Of a stretch of 64,000 bases of DNA, positions 1 through 11,135 are shown piece after piece. A model generated the notes under the pieces. It ran no database searches, was not told the DNA's origin, and saw only the letters and a program-made list of their open reading frames with translations. Made by a program: the position numbers and the translations under genes. This stretch comes from Promethearchaeia archaeon. Its GTDB lineage: Archaea > Asgardarchaeota > Lokiarchaeia > Sigyniarchaeales > SOKP01. The stretch lies in contig JAHQWH010000015.1 in NCBI GenBank assembly GCA_029856105.1, forward strand, positions 64,001 to 128,000, in the 5' to 3' direction. Position 1 is the first letter of the stretch. The number at the start of each line of letters is the position of its first letter.

Positions 1-1
1 C

Positions 2-1768
2 TCCCCTAGAATGCACGAACCAACGTTTAGGTTGGTCTGCAAGGAAGCTGGGTTGAATCAATTTTTGTTCGAACAAGCGAATATTCGAGAACACGCTACT
101 TGGGTAAACATGAACGACACTGAAGGTGCCTATCAAATTGCTCAAGATCATATCAGAATGGCAGTTGCGAAAGCGAGGACTTTATTACCTTTAGAAGTTC
201 AAAAAGTAAGTGTAGAACCTTCGTGCTTAATTATTGGAGGTGGGATCGCTGGAATGAATTCTGCTATAGACTTAGCAAAAGAAGGATATAAAGTCTATCT
301 TGTCGAAAGAACTCCGACTATTGGTGGCCACATGGCACAGCTTGATAAAACATTCCCAACCATGGACTGTTCTGCTTGTATCATCACCCCACGGATGGTT
401 GATGTCGCCCGAGAGAAAAATATCGAACTTCTTACTTATTCGGAGGTTGTAGATGTTGCCGGTTATGTTGGTAATTTTGAAGTTACCATAATGAAAAAAC
501 CACATTACGTCGATCAAGAAGCTTGTACAGGGTGCGGTGCTTGCGTTGAGCCTTGCCCAGTATCAGTGGGTAACGAATTTGAACTTGGATTGGCCCCTAG
601 AAAAGCTATATACATTCCATTTCCCCAAGCGGTACCTGGAGAATACACAATTGATATGGAGAGTTGTATTCAATGCGGGATTTGCGCGCGTCCTGATGTG
701 TGTGAACCAGACGCAATTAGATACGACGATAAACCAGAATATCTTAAAGTAAAGGTAGGTACTATAATTATTGCTACAGGTTGGGATCCTTATGACCCAA
801 CTCCACTCAAGCAATACGGGTATGGCAGATACCCTAACGTTATCACAGCGTTTCAGATGGAACGGTTATTAAGTTCATATGGACCTGTATTAGGAAAGCC
901 AGTTAGACCTTCAGATCTCAAAGCCCCACACAGTATTGCCTTTCTCCAATGTGTTGGAAGCAGATACTTTAGAGAAGGTGGAAATAAATATTGTTCTAGA
1001 GTTTGTTGCATGTATGCCACAAAACAAGCGAGACAATACAAAGAAAAACATCCAGAAAGCGAAGTCTATATATTTTACATTGATATACGAGCGTTTGGTA
1101 GGGGATACGAAGAATTTTACGAATCTGCTTCAGAAAACTACGGAATAAATTATATTAGAGGACGAATTGGTGAAGTTTGGGAAGATAAAGATCATAACAT
1201 TGTAATTAGAGCTGAAGACACTTTAATACAAACGCCAATCGAATTAACAGTTGATTTATTTATTTTATCTATTGGGTTAGAAGCTGTGGCAGACGCAGAC
1301 AAAATTTCTTCTTTATTAAGCGTTCAGCGATCGGAAGATGGATTCTTTATGGAAGCTCATCCAAAACTTAGACCCGTAGATACATTAACCGATGGTATTT
1401 TTATCGCAGGAGTTGCTCAAGGACCGAAAGATATCCCTGACACGGTAGCTCAAGCAAAAGGAGCTGCTTCAAGCGCAGCAGCGTTAATGGCGCAAGGAGA
1501 AGTCGAAATTGAACCATATTATGCCGTTGTATTGGATCACTTATGTTCAGGCTGTAGAACTTGTCAATCCCTATGCCCATTTGGAGCTATAGATTTTGAC
1601 GAATTTAAAAAGATTGCCGTTGTGAACTCAGCTCTTTGTAAAGGGTGTGGAACTTGCGTGTCCGCGTGCCCTTCCGGAGCCATGGTACAAAATCATTTTA
1701 CTAACATTCAACTCGATTCGATAATTAATATTGCAGTAAAACAACCTACTGTTAAAAACGGTCAATAA
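2..1768 (+). CDS. hdrA: Heterodisulfide reductase subunit A (FAD, Fe-S); 5' end lies outside the window
   Basis: Frame is open from base 2 (SPR-MHEPTFR). Motifs: ANIREH, IIGGGIAG, LDKTFPTMDCSAC, QCVGSR, YCSRVCC, GPKDIPD, plus inserted and C-terminal 2x[4Fe-4S] ferredoxin motifs. Confidence 0.95.
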   Translation, partial: SPRMHEPTFRLVCKEAGLNQFLFEQANIREHATWVNMNDTEGAYQIAQDHIRMAVAKARTLLPLEVQKVSVEPSCLIIGGGIAGMNSAIDLAKEGYKVYLVERTPTIGGHMAQLDKTFPTMDCSACIITPRMVDVAREKNIELLTYSEVVDVAGYVGNFEVTIMKKPHYVDQEACTGCGACVEPCPVSVGNEFELGLAPRKAIYIPFPQAVPGEYTIDMESCIQCGICARPDVCEPDAIRYDDKPEYLKVKVGTIIIATGWDPYDPTPLKQYGYGRYPNVITAFQMERLLSSYGPVLGKPVRPSDLKAPHSIAFLQCVGSRYFREGGNKYCSRVCCMYATKQARQYKEKHPESEVYIFYIDIRAFGRGYEEFYESASENYGINYIRGRIGEVWEDKDHNIVIRAEDTLIQTPIELTVDLFILSIGLEAVADADKISSLLSVQRSEDGFFMEAHPKLRPVDTLTDGIFIAGVAQGPKDIPDTVAQAKGAASSAAALMAQGEVEIEPYYAVVLDHLCSGCRTCQSLCPFGAIDFDEFKKIAVVNSALCKGCGTCVSACPSGAMVQNHFTNIQLDSIINIAVKQPTVKNGQ

Positions 1769-1777
1769 CGACTGTAA

Positions 1778-1800
1778 TTTTTAATTTTCTTTTTTTTTTA
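1778..1800 (+). terminator. Probable archaeal oligo-T terminator after hdrA
   Basis: Run of T tracts (ttttt aa ttttc tttttttttt) starting ~10 nt after the stop. Confidence 0.45.
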
Positions 1801-1883
1801 AGTATCTTAAAAGTTTTTAAAAAGAATTTTTAAATCTTTTAAATAATTTCATTTTAATTAAAAGGAAATATTAAGGTGAAAAA

Positions 1884-2666
1884 ATGAAGATTTCGGGATC
1901 TAATCAATTCAATATTCAAAAATTTAAGGCACTTTTATCTTACTGGGTTATCCATAACAGTCAACACACGAAGGGAGTTGAAGAATGGCTTTCAAGATTT
2001 GAGAAATTGAACAATGATTATATAACTAAGAAATTGAGAAATGTTATCCATCTTTTTAAAGAAATTACTAAAGAATATGAATCAATAAAAATCAAAATAG
2101 GTAGTATTGAGAATGTACATCTTGAGAAGGAGCCACAACAAAAAGATACTTTAATCTCTAAATCCAAGGAATTACCTAATATCTTTGAATTTAAACAAAT
2201 TGGAGTGATTCATACACCTTATAAAGATAAAGCACCATTTCAGCCAATTAAGAGTGATAAAGGAGAATTTCGTATTGTTGTTAATCCCGAATATACAAAT
2301 GGTCTTTCTAAACTTGATACGTTCCAATATATTTATGTTATTTATTACATCCATCGTATAACTCGAAAAGTTAGAAATATTATCGCACCATCTTGGACTG
2401 GTGGTACAGAAGTAGGATTATTCGCAAGTAGATCTCCTGTTCGCCCAAATTTGATTGGAATTAGTATTGTTCCCATAAAAAGTATTGTAAAAAACACAAT
2501 ATTCACATCGGGTTTAGATGTTTTTGATGATACTCCTTTATTGGACATTAAACCGTATATAAAAGATTTGGATTCAAAATGTGACGCTAATTATGGTTGG
2601 ATTGAAAATCTTGACGGTTATGAACACCTTCTTTTACATATTAAAGGAATTCCTCATGACTATTAA
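1884..2666 (+). CDS. tsaA: TsaA/TrmO-family tRNA methyltransferase-like protein with an extra N-terminal helical HNxxH domain
   Basis: IGVIHTPY, GLFASRSPVRPNLIG and GLDVFDDTPLLDIKPY match the TrmO/UPF0066 family. The first ~95 aa are an additional region. Confidence 0.85.
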   Translation: MKISGSNQFNIQKFKALLSYWVIHNSQHTKGVEEWLSRFEKLNNDYITKKLRNVIHLFKEITKEYESIKIKIGSIENVHLEKEPQQKDTLISKSKELPNIFEFKQIGVIHTPYKDKAPFQPIKSDKGEFRIVVNPEYTNGLSKLDTFQYIYVIYYIHRITRKVRNIIAPSWTGGTEVGLFASRSPVRPNLIGISIVPIKSIVKNTIFTSGLDVFDDTPLLDIKPYIKDLDSKCDANYGWIENLDGYEHLLLHIKGIPHDY

Positions 2667-2705
2667 TTTAACATTTTATAGAAACTTAAAGAAACTTAAA
2701 AAAAA

Positions 2706-3332
2706 TTATTTTTTTGCTTTAATTACAACAAATGAGCCTTCTCCATAATTTGGTTTAATAGGTTCGATATCTTTTATTTCAAGTAAAGGTCGAAAGATAG
2801 TCTGAGAAAATTCAAATTTAGTGAAGTTTGCTATTTTTAAATAAGAAACCACCTCATCTACGGAATAGAAATTTGCTACATTATAGAACACATTTTCTTT
2901 TTTATGGCGCTGATATTTAATCCCAATTGAGCTATTTCTATCAATAAAACCAATAATAAACGATCCTTTTGATGTTAAGATATTATAAACTTCTTCAAAT
3001 GCCATTTTAATATCGTCAAGAAAGCAAATAGTCGTAACCATTAAAAAAAGACCAAATCTCTCCTTTCTTATGGGAAGTAGTTCTCCAACAGCATTAATTA
3101 CGTCTATTCCTCTTGTTAAAGAAAGCTGTCTCATTTTATTAGAGGGTTCAATCCCAACCATAATACCTAAAGGTGCTGCGAATTTACCACTCCCTACACC
3201 GATTTCTATACTCTTTTTTCTTTTTGGAAGTAAGCTCTTTATTGCCAAAAGTTCAGATTTGTACACATTTGGATTATCAATAAACCATTGTTCATATCGC
3301 AAAAAATATTTTTCAAAAGGTTCAATTCTCAT
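2706..3332 (-). CDS. Class I SAM-dependent methyltransferase
   Basis: Motif I IEIGVGSG, then GIEPS, VTTICFLDD and C-terminal GEGSFVVIKA. Confidence 0.9.
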   Translation of the reverse strand: MRIEPFEKYFLRYEQWFIDNPNVYKSELLAIKSLLPKRKKSIEIGVGSGKFAAPLGIMVGIEPSNKMRQLSLTRGIDVINAVGELLPIRKERFGLFLMVTTICFLDDIKMAFEEVYNILTSKGSFIIGFIDRNSSIGIKYQRHKKENVFYNVANFYSVDEVVSYLKIANFTKFEFSQTIFRPLLEIKDIEPIKPNYGEGSFVVIKAKK

Positions 3333-3471
3333 TTAAAATTCATCTTTATTTTAAAGCTTATATTTGTTATACATTAAAAGTAAGTTTTGGTATAGTATAT
3401 TTTGAAAAAAACTTAACATTTACCAATACTTCTCTTTATCAAACAAAATAATATGTTAAAATAGTATTAAA

Positions 3472-4077
3472 TTGATAAAAAATATAATATTTGATTTGGG
3501 AAATGTTCTACTGAAATTCAAACCAGAGGAATTCTTATTGCAGTATACAAACGATGAAGATTATATAAAACAATTCGTTCCAAAGATAACTCGTAGTAAA
3601 TTGTGGTTAGATTTAGATAGGGGTTTAGAATCGTTAGAAAACGCGGAAAGAATTTTTGTATCTAGATACCCTGAAGAAGAAGAGCTTATTTCGCTATTTT
3701 TTAAGCATTGGATGGAAATGCTTACTCCAATTGAGGAAAACATTAGTATTTTGTTGGATTTAAGCGAGTCAGGATATAATACCTATATTTTGTCAAATTA
3801 CATTAAGGAAGCGTTTAAATTTGTAAAAGAAAAATTCAATTTTTTTACATTATTCGACGGTCAAATAATTTCTGGAGAGGAAAACGTTATTAAACCAGAG
3901 AAAGCGATTTACGAGACTTTACTTAGACGCTACCAATTAATTCCAGAAGAAAGTTTATTTATCGACGACGTCTTTTTTTTTTTGAAGCCAGCAAAAAAGC
4001 TAGGAATAAGTACTATTTGGAATCGCCCTCATACGGATTTACGCAAAGAATTAAAAAAATTTAATATATCGATCTGA
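3472..4077 (+). CDS. HAD-superfamily phosphatase (YihX-like)
   Basis: HAD motifs I-IV: FDLGNVL, LSN, KPE, FIDD. Confidence 0.9.
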   Translation: MIKNIIFDLGNVLLKFKPEEFLLQYTNDEDYIKQFVPKITRSKLWLDLDRGLESLENAERIFVSRYPEEEELISLFFKHWMEMLTPIEENISILLDLSESGYNTYILSNYIKEAFKFVKEKFNFFTLFDGQIISGEENVIKPEKAIYETLLRRYQLIPEESLFIDDVFFFLKPAKKLGISTIWNRPHTDLRKELKKFNISI

Positions 4078-4170
4078 ATAATTACGACTTGTTTTTAATG
4101 CAATTTTTATTTAGATGAAAGACATTAAGTATTAGTAGACTAAAAACATACAAAAAACGTTAATTTATTT

Positions 4171-4800
4171 ATGATAGATAGTTGGCTCTCTAAAACGAAA
4201 TTTAAAGAAGGTTACGAGAAGTTTGTAAAGAAAGTCTTTCTTGGGAAAATATCTGCCAATCAACTTACTACTCTTGGATTGGTTTTTGGTTTAGTAAGCT
4301 CATTTTTGATATACCTTAGTGGTATTTTTTTAGCATTAGCAATAACATTTATGGTATATTCCGCAATTGTTATGACCGTTTCTTTTTTCATTGATACTCT
4401 TGATGGCTCTATAGCAAGATTAGAAGGTCCTACTATCTTTGGAGGAATATTAGATATATTTTGCGATCGGCTCGTCGAGATTTCCATAATTATAGCGATA
4501 GTAACAACAGACCCTACGAATCTAATTTGGCCGGGTTTGTTTTCTTTAGCCGCCATCGTTTTATGTATCTCTATGTTTCTTATTGTAGGAGGAATTATTA
4601 AAAGAGACAATATAGAAAATAATTCAAAAGTAATCACATATCAAAGTGGATTGATGGAGCGATCTGAAACATTTTTCTTTTTATTGGCGTTAATTGTTTT
4701 TATTCCATGGCGTTTGATTATATTGTGGATTTTTACGGTTTTAATATTCCTCACAGCGTTATTAAGGTTGAGAGACGCACACAAAATCTTTAAATCGTAG
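4171..4800 (+). CDS. CDP-alcohol phosphatidyltransferase family protein
   Basis: Signature DTLDGSIAR-x6-GGILDIFCD, an upstream ANQLT, and multiple TM segments. Confidence 0.9.
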   Translation: MIDSWLSKTKFKEGYEKFVKKVFLGKISANQLTTLGLVFGLVSSFLIYLSGIFLALAITFMVYSAIVMTVSFFIDTLDGSIARLEGPTIFGGILDIFCDRLVEISIIIAIVTTDPTNLIWPGLFSLAAIVLCISMFLIVGGIIKRDNIENNSKVITYQSGLMERSETFFFLLALIVFIPWRLIILWIFTVLIFLTALLRLRDAHKIFKS

Positions 4801-4971
4801 TCCCTAATTTATTTTTATTTTTAATACAATTTTAGATATTACATATTTAGTTCGTGATATATCCTAAGAATTCTATTGAAAAAATTAAACTTATAAATGT
4901 AAAATAAATGATTTTACTATTGATATATCATTTTATTATTGTTTTTTCTAAGCTAAACTAAATTTGTAAAA

Positions 4972-6273
4972 ATGTTCGAAAATAATTCATTTACAGAAAA
5001 AACTATTGTTTCTCGATTAAAAGAAATTAGTGAGTCCAAATACGGGTTAATCAGCATAAATTATATCTTAATAAATTGTCGAATGGAGGATTTATTAACA
5101 TTTATAAAAAATTATGGAATTTCGCTTCCGGATAAATCTTTTATTACTCGTTTTGAATACATAATAATAATTGCTTTGCACCTTACAGAAATGTATTATA
5201 CTACTGAAATTCAAAAAAAGTACGAAGATCCGTTAGAATACATAGGATATGCGATATTAAACGAAGACATATTTACTAAATATCTAATTAACCTCGACTT
5301 TATAGTTAAACAAGATCTAATTGATACATTTGCTGACTTATATGCAGATTTAGGAATTACAGTGTATAATACATCAACTGATTCCATTAGACCTAAAATG
5401 GATATGTATTCAGTGAGGAAAAAATCAGCGCTTCGAACAGAATCGGTGTTTGCAATGACTGGTTTTGATATGAACGACAAAAATTATTTAGAAATTAAAA
5501 ATTTGATTGAGAAAGCCAGTTCAGTTGCAAATGGTAGTGTTTTTGTGACTACTCCTATTGGTGTTTCTAAAATTGGATTAAGTAAAATGATATATGATAT
5601 GAATAAATTAAACTGTCAGCTATATGTAATCGACCCTTCAAGGAAGATAGTTTATGGTCTTACTAAAAACAAGAAAAATGAAGTACTAGATGATTTGAGA
5701 GAAAAATTAATTCGAAAACTTCCTAGAGCGCCCATGAGAGCGCCTTCTCATGTTTTTGACCTATCAGACTATTATTTTAATGAGTCAAACTCATTTAATC
5801 CGATTGATTTTAGGCTTTTTGATATTTATAACGATTTAGAACATAATAAATTGCTACTTAAGGAAGAAGAGACTCCTAAATACGCAGAAGTGTTCAGGGA
5901 TTTGATTATTATGGAAATAACTTCTGGAACGCCAATTATCTCTTACGCAAGTGATAATTTTAAAGAGCTAGCTTTGGCATCAGGATTTTTAGCAGCTATG
6001 GATTCCTTTGTTACACAAATTGGAGGCTCAAAAATGGAGGAGATTAATTATAAAGGGTTTTATGTCCAAGCCGCTTACGGAAAATTTACAAAATTAGCTT
6101 GTATTCTGTCTATCCCGGCAGACAAAAGTTTAAAGGAGAGATTAAAACATCTGATAAGATTATTCGAAGAACATTACGAAGATGAGATTGAAAAATTTAA
6201 GTTATCTGGCAATACCGAATTATTTGACAGTCGTGAAATAATTTATCTAATAAAAGAAATTATTGACATTTAA
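4972..6273 (+). CDS. Hypothetical protein: degenerate PD-(D/E)XK-like central domain plus C-terminal longin-like domain (paralog 1)
   Basis: C-terminal LIIMEITSGTPIISY...ASGFLAAMDSFVTQI...LKERL..L...FEEHY resembles Asgard longin-like domains. Aligns along its length with the next gene. Confidence 0.6.
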   Translation: MFENNSFTEKTIVSRLKEISESKYGLISINYILINCRMEDLLTFIKNYGISLPDKSFITRFEYIIIIALHLTEMYYTTEIQKKYEDPLEYIGYAILNEDIFTKYLINLDFIVKQDLIDTFADLYADLGITVYNTSTDSIRPKMDMYSVRKKSALRTESVFAMTGFDMNDKNYLEIKNLIEKASSVANGSVFVTTPIGVSKIGLSKMIYDMNKLNCQLYVIDPSRKIVYGLTKNKKNEVLDDLREKLIRKLPRAPMRAPSHVFDLSDYYFNESNSFNPIDFRLFDIYNDLEHNKLLLKEEETPKYAEVFRDLIIMEITSGTPIISYASDNFKELALASGFLAAMDSFVTQIGGSKMEEINYKGFYVQAAYGKFTKLACILSIPADKSLKERLKHLIRLFEEHYEDEIEKFKLSGNTELFDSREIIYLIKEIIDI

Positions 6274-6361
6274 AAAAACATTTCGACAACTAAATCACTA
6301 TTTCTGCTATTTTTAGTTTATTATAAAAATATTTTAAAACTCAAAAGATATTATATCACTA

Positions 6362-7672
6362 ATGAGTTCTGAAAAATTGACTGAAGCAGACGAATTTTTA
6401 AAGATTATAAGAAGTGATAGCGAAGGTAAAAAAGGTATTATATGCCTAAATTGTCTTATTGTTAGAAGTCGGTTTAAAGAAATTTACGGATTTATGAACA
6501 GACACAATATTCCACTTCCAGAAGAAAAAATTTTTTCAAAACTAGATCTCCTTGATTACATTAGTATTCATTTTTATAAACAATATCAAAAAAGCCCAAC
6601 GCTTAAAAAACAATTTAAGAGTCCCATTGAATACATTGGAAATTTTATAATTACCGATGAAAAATTAAGCGATTATTTAACAAGGTTTGATTTTATATCT
6701 AAACAAGAACTTATCGATGCGTTTGCTGATTACTGTGCTGATTATGGAATTTCTGTATTCAATACAGCTGATATCAAAGATTTTTCGTTAGATTTATACC
6801 TAATTAAGAAAAAACCTTTTCTGAGAACTGAGGCCGTATTCGTAAAAACAGGGGCAGAAATGACAGAAGAAAACTATAAAGAAACTTTTTACTTAATTAA
6901 CGAAGCGTCAAAAGTAGCTATATGGACGGTTTTTGTAACTACACCTCGAGGAGTTTGTAATATCGGTTTTGAAAGACTAAAGAACGATATGACAAATTTA
7001 AATGCGTGGATGTATGTAATTGATCCAATTCATCAAAAAATCTTAGGAATTTTTAAAGGTAAAAAATCAAAAACTCATGATTCCTCAATTCGAGACGAAT
7101 ATATCAAGAAATTACCTCACGAACCAATAAGAACACCTTCACAGTTAGCTAAAATTTCTGAGTATTATTTCAAAGAAAACGAGTCGTACAATCCGAAATA
7201 TTATGTGATGTTTGAGCTTTTTCCAAAGGAAAAATTAATTATGGAAGAACACGCTGTAATCGTAAAACCAAAATATAAAGACTTGTTTAGAACACTACTA
7301 ATTATCGAAAAGGCTTCAGGTTTAGCTATGATATCGCATTCCAGCGAGGAGATTCCAATGGATAAAGAATTAGTCTCTGGATTCCTATCAGCAATGGATT
7401 CATTTGTTTCAGAAATAGGCGGAACTACATCAATGAATGAAATTAATTACAAAGGTTTCTATATTCATGCAGTTTATGGAGAGTACATTAAATTAGCTCT
7501 ATTTCTCTCAAGACCGGCAAGTCAGAGTTTAAAAGAGAGGTTAGCTTATTTTTTAAATCATTTTGAAGAACATTACCACGATCAAATTTTAGATTTTAAA
7601 GAAATTGGGAATACTGCTATTTTTGATAGAGAAAGAATAATTGAACTCATTAAGGAAATTTTAAGCGTATAA
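6362..7672 (+). CDS. Hypothetical protein: degenerate PD-(D/E)XK-like central domain plus C-terminal longin-like domain (paralog 2)
   Basis: Shares KQxLIDxFAD, LRTExVF, VFVTTP, YVIDP, SGFLxAMDSFV, EINYKGFY and SLKERL with 4972..6273. Confidence 0.6.
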   Translation: MSSEKLTEADEFLKIIRSDSEGKKGIICLNCLIVRSRFKEIYGFMNRHNIPLPEEKIFSKLDLLDYISIHFYKQYQKSPTLKKQFKSPIEYIGNFIITDEKLSDYLTRFDFISKQELIDAFADYCADYGISVFNTADIKDFSLDLYLIKKKPFLRTEAVFVKTGAEMTEENYKETFYLINEASKVAIWTVFVTTPRGVCNIGFERLKNDMTNLNAWMYVIDPIHQKILGIFKGKKSKTHDSSIRDEYIKKLPHEPIRTPSQLAKISEYYFKENESYNPKYYVMFELFPKEKLIMEEHAVIVKPKYKDLFRTLLIIEKASGLAMISHSSEEIPMDKELVSGFLSAMDSFVSEIGGTTSMNEINYKGFYIHAVYGEYIKLALFLSRPASQSLKERLAYFLNHFEEHYHDQILDFKEIGNTAIFDRERIIELIKEILSV

Positions 7673-7807
7673 TAAATAAAAGGAAAAAAATCTCAACATA
7701 ATTCAAATAAATTATTTCAATTTATCGATAAAATTTATGAATAATAAGGAACAGATTAAAATTTTCAGTTAATTTCTAATTATTTAGAAAGGTTTTGTTT
7801 ATCACGG

Positions 7808-8185
7808 GTGATTATAATGAGTGAAAATAACGAAGAAAAGTTGGTTTTTGTTTATAATGCAGATTCGGGAATGGTAAATACTGTTAAAGATTTCTGGCAT
7901 AAGGCTTTAAGACCTAGCACTTATAAATGTAATCTTTGTGCTCAAACATTCAGCCCCTTCGGTATGAAGAAAGAATGGAAATCTTTTCTTGGCACGTTAA
8001 ACATAGAGACTGAATTTCTGCATAAAGACGAATTTTTGAATAACTACGACATTCAAGATGCTAAATATCCTTCTGCTTATCTATTAAAGAACGGTACTCT
8101 AAAGTTATTGATAACGCAAGAAGAGATGGATAAAGTACCATCAATTAATGAAATGGAAAAACTCGTCTCGTCAAAATTAAAATAA
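7808..8185 (+). CDS. Conserved hypothetical protein (FVYNADSG...CNLC family)
   Basis: Intact ORF with a CxxC motif. True start is probably the ATG at 7817. Confidence 0.7.
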   Translation: MIIMSENNEEKLVFVYNADSGMVNTVKDFWHKALRPSTYKCNLCAQTFSPFGMKKEWKSFLGTLNIETEFLHKDEFLNNYDIQDAKYPSAYLLKNGTLKLLITQEEMDKVPSINEMEKLVSSKLK

Positions 8186-8248
8186 GCTATAAATCTTTTT
8201 TTTATGTCCCTACTTTTGAAAAAATTGAAAATTTTTATTCCAATTTGT

Positions 8249-10354
8249 TTATCCTTTTGAACTCAAATATTCTAAAGCTTTGTTCACATCATTTGTTGGT
8301 ACCTTACAAGTTTTATTAATGCATACGTACGCAGTAGCCTTTCCGTCGAATTTATCAAAATATTGAACGAAATTGGAAAGTTCATCTATTTCTGGACCTA
8401 TTTTTTCTGTGGGTCGAAAAATTAACGATTTATTAGGCAAAAAATGTTTCTTTATCTCAGACAACATATTATTAGTATCTTCTTTGCCTGTATCTCCTGC
8501 AATAACAAGAGAATAAGTTGGTCCAACGGCGTAATCTACGGCTGTCAAAAGAAAAGTATGTGCTACGGGCGACTTTCGAACGTTTTCAGCAAAAACTCGA
8601 CTGATGTGATCAGCTTTTTTTTCGTAATCTTGATTTCCTGTTAGTTGAGCTAATTTGAGTAGGTTCAACATCGCAACAGAGTTTCCAGAAGGAATAGCAC
8701 CGTCGTAAATCTCTTTCTGACGAGCTAACAATTTTTCTCCGTCTTCCGCGGTAAAGAAGAAACCCCCTATAAAAGAATCCCAAAAATGATTTATTTGGTC
8801 TTCAGTTAAATCTATAGCAGTTTTTAGGTAGAATGTGTCAAATGTAGCCTCATATAAATTAATTAAACCCCAGATAAGAAACGAGTAATCGTCTATGTAA
8901 GCGTCAATTTCAGCAGTCCCGTCGCGATACCGATGTAAAAGACGGCCATTTGACTTCCGTAAATCTTTAAGGATGAAAGAAACGGCTTTTTTCGCGGCTT
9001 CAATGTATTTTTGCTCACTCAATACGAAACCAGCTTTAGCTAACGCGGCAATCATTAATCCGTTCCAATCCGTTAATATTTTATCGTCCCGATGAGGTTT
9101 AATCCTGGTTTCTCGTGAATTGAAAAGCTTTTGTCTCATAGCTTTTATAGAGTTATGAAAATCCTCCTTCTGAGGATTAGCTAGCTCAGATAGCCCAATC
9201 TTCAAATGAAGGATATTTTTGCCAGTTTTCTCTTTAGTAGCTTCATCTAAATAATTACCGCTAGTTTCAACATTATAAATACTTTCTATTAGTTCAGCAT
9301 CCTCTTTTTCTAAGATATTTTCAATTTCTTCTTTAGTCCAAACGTAAAACTTTCCTTCCTCTCCTTCGCTGTCCGCGTCTTGGGCCGAATAGAATCCTCC
9401 TTCAGGAGAACTCATATCTCGCAAAACATATGTAAAAATCTCTTTAACAGTGTTTCCGTACTCAATATTTCCAGTCGCTTGATAAGCTTCTAAATAGCTG
9501 AGCGCTAATAGGGCTTGATCATACAGCATCTTCTCGAAATGAGGTACTAACCAGTTAACATCAGTAGAATAACGATGAAATCCAAAACCAATTTGATCGT
9601 AAATACCTCCTCGCCTCATAGCCTTAAGAGTGCTTTCAACCATATTTAAAGCGTTTTTGTCTTCTGTTCTTTTCCAATATCTTAATAAGAATAATAAGTT
9701 ATGAGGAGAAGGAAATTTTGGTGCGCTACCAAAACCGCCTTTTATTTCGTCAAATCGCATACTTAACCGAGAATAGGCGTTTTCTATAACTTTTTCTTCA
9801 AGACTTCTTCCCGGAGACTCAATGTTGATGTCTTGTAACGCAAATGTAATTTTTTCGCTCGACGACATCAACTCTTTTCTTTCGTTTTTCCACAAATGAT
9901 TCACGCGATTTATTAAATCAATTAAGCCAATTCTTCCAAAACGGCTTTCTTTGGGAAAATATGTACCTGCAAAGAAAGGTTTTTTATCTGGAGTCATTAG
10001 AATTGTTAGTGGCCAACCCCCGGAATTAGTCATTATTTGACAGACGGTCATATATATTTTATCGATGTCAGGTCGTTCTTCCCGGTCGACTTTAATAGAT
10101 ACAAAAACATCGTTCATAATTTTAGCAACAGTAGGGTCTTCAAAAGATTCGTGCGCCATAACATGGCACCAATGACAAGTAGAGTAGCCAACTGAAAGAA
10201 ATATCGGTTTATCTTCCATTCTTGCTTTCTCAAAAGCCTCTTCCCCCCAAGGATACCAATCTACTGGATTCTCAGCGTGTTGTAGTAAATAAGGGCTTTT
10301 TTCAGTTATTAATTTATTGAATTTTCTATTTTTGTTTTCTTCTATGTTTTTCAC
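8249..10354 (-). CDS. yyaL: Thioredoxin-domain plus (alpha/alpha)6-barrel protein, YyaL/SPATA20 family
   Basis: [61 protein letters not shown]. Confidence 0.93.
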   Translation of the reverse strand: MKNIEENKNRKFNKLITEKSPYLLQHAENPVDWYPWGEEAFEKARMEDKPIFLSVGYSTCHWCHVMAHESFEDPTVAKIMNDVFVSIKVDREERPDIDKIYMTVCQIMTNSGGWPLTILMTPDKKPFFAGTYFPKESRFGRIGLIDLINRVNHLWKNERKELMSSSEKITFALQDINIESPGRSLEEKVIENAYSRLSMRFDEIKGGFGSAPKFPSPHNLLFLLRYWKRTEDKNALNMVESTLKAMRRGGIYDQIGFGFHRYSTDVNWLVPHFEKMLYDQALLALSYLEAYQATGNIEYGNTVKEIFTYVLRDMSSPEGGFYSAQDADSEGEEGKFYVWTKEEIENILEKEDAELIESIYNVETSGNYLDEATKEKTGKNILHLKIGLSELANPQKEDFHNSIKAMRQKLFNSRETRIKPHRDDKILTDWNGLMIAALAKAGFVLSEQKYIEAAKKAVSFILKDLRKSNGRLLHRYRDGTAEIDAYIDDYSFLIWGLINLYEATFDTFYLKTAIDLTEDQINHFWDSFIGGFFFTAEDGEKLLARQKEIYDGAIPSGNSVAMLNLLKLAQLTGNQDYEKKADHISRVFAENVRKSPVAHTFLLTAVDYAVGPTYSLVIAGDTGKEDTNNMLSEIKKHFLPNKSLIFRPTEKIGPEIDELSNFVQYFDKFDGKATAYVCINKTCKVPTNDVNKALEYLSSKG

Positions 10355-10929
10355 CTTTTAGACTTATTAAATGGTTTGGTAAATTCATCTATAAAAATGA
10401 ATTCTTTAAATTGTTTTCTTTCTGGTCTTTTATTCTCTTTAGATTTTTGTATATCAGTTAACCCTTCTTTAAATTCTTTAGAGCGTTTACCGATAACGAT
10501 TAAGGAAATTAGTCTCATATGTTCTGGAATGCCGAGCACTCTCTTCGCTCCATCTTCATTAAAACCTGCGATAGGGTGCGCAACAAGACCCAATTCTGTG
10601 GCTCGGAGTATTATAAAAGCGCTTGCTAAACCCGTATCGAAAAGATAATATTGCCTTTCTTTGATAACACAATCGTTTTTTACGTCGCTAAAAGCTGCGA
10701 TAATTAACGAACTTAATTCTACCCACTTATTAGTTGTTGATAACGACTTGTGAAGTTTTTCTAGTTGCTCTTTATCGCGAACAAATACATATCTCCATGG
10801 TTGTTTGTTAAAACAAGATGGAGCTAATCGCGCTGATTCAGCTAAATCTTCTATTAGTGTGTCGGAAACCTCAATTGGTTCAAGGGATCTATATGCTCTT
10901 CTTTTTTCAATCGCATTTTTTACATTCAA
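10351..10929 (-). CDS. Nitroreductase family protein
   Basis: [26 protein letters not shown]. Overlaps the yyaL start by 4 nt. Confidence 0.9.
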   Translation of the reverse strand: MNVKNAIEKRRAYRSLEPIEVSDTLIEDLAESARLAPSCFNKQPWRYVFVRDKEQLEKLHKSLSTTNKWVELSSLIIAAFSDVKNDCVIKERQYYLFDTGLASAFIILRATELGLVAHPIAGFNEDGAKRVLGIPEHMRLISLIVIGKRSKEFKEGLTDIQKSKENKRPERKQFKEFIFIDEFTKPFNKSKR

Positions 10930-11135
10930 ATTTCAACACCCTTAAAAAGACCTTTTAAAACCTTAATTTTTAAGATTTCATTTATGATTGAAACCTAATT
11001 AATTAAGAAATATTTAAAGAATATCAATATAAGCCTTATTAGTTATTAACTTTCTAAATGAATTATTTTGAGTTATAACTCTTTGAATTGGAATATAAAT
11101 ATTTCATAAAGAAATTATTAGGAAAAAAATAAAAA

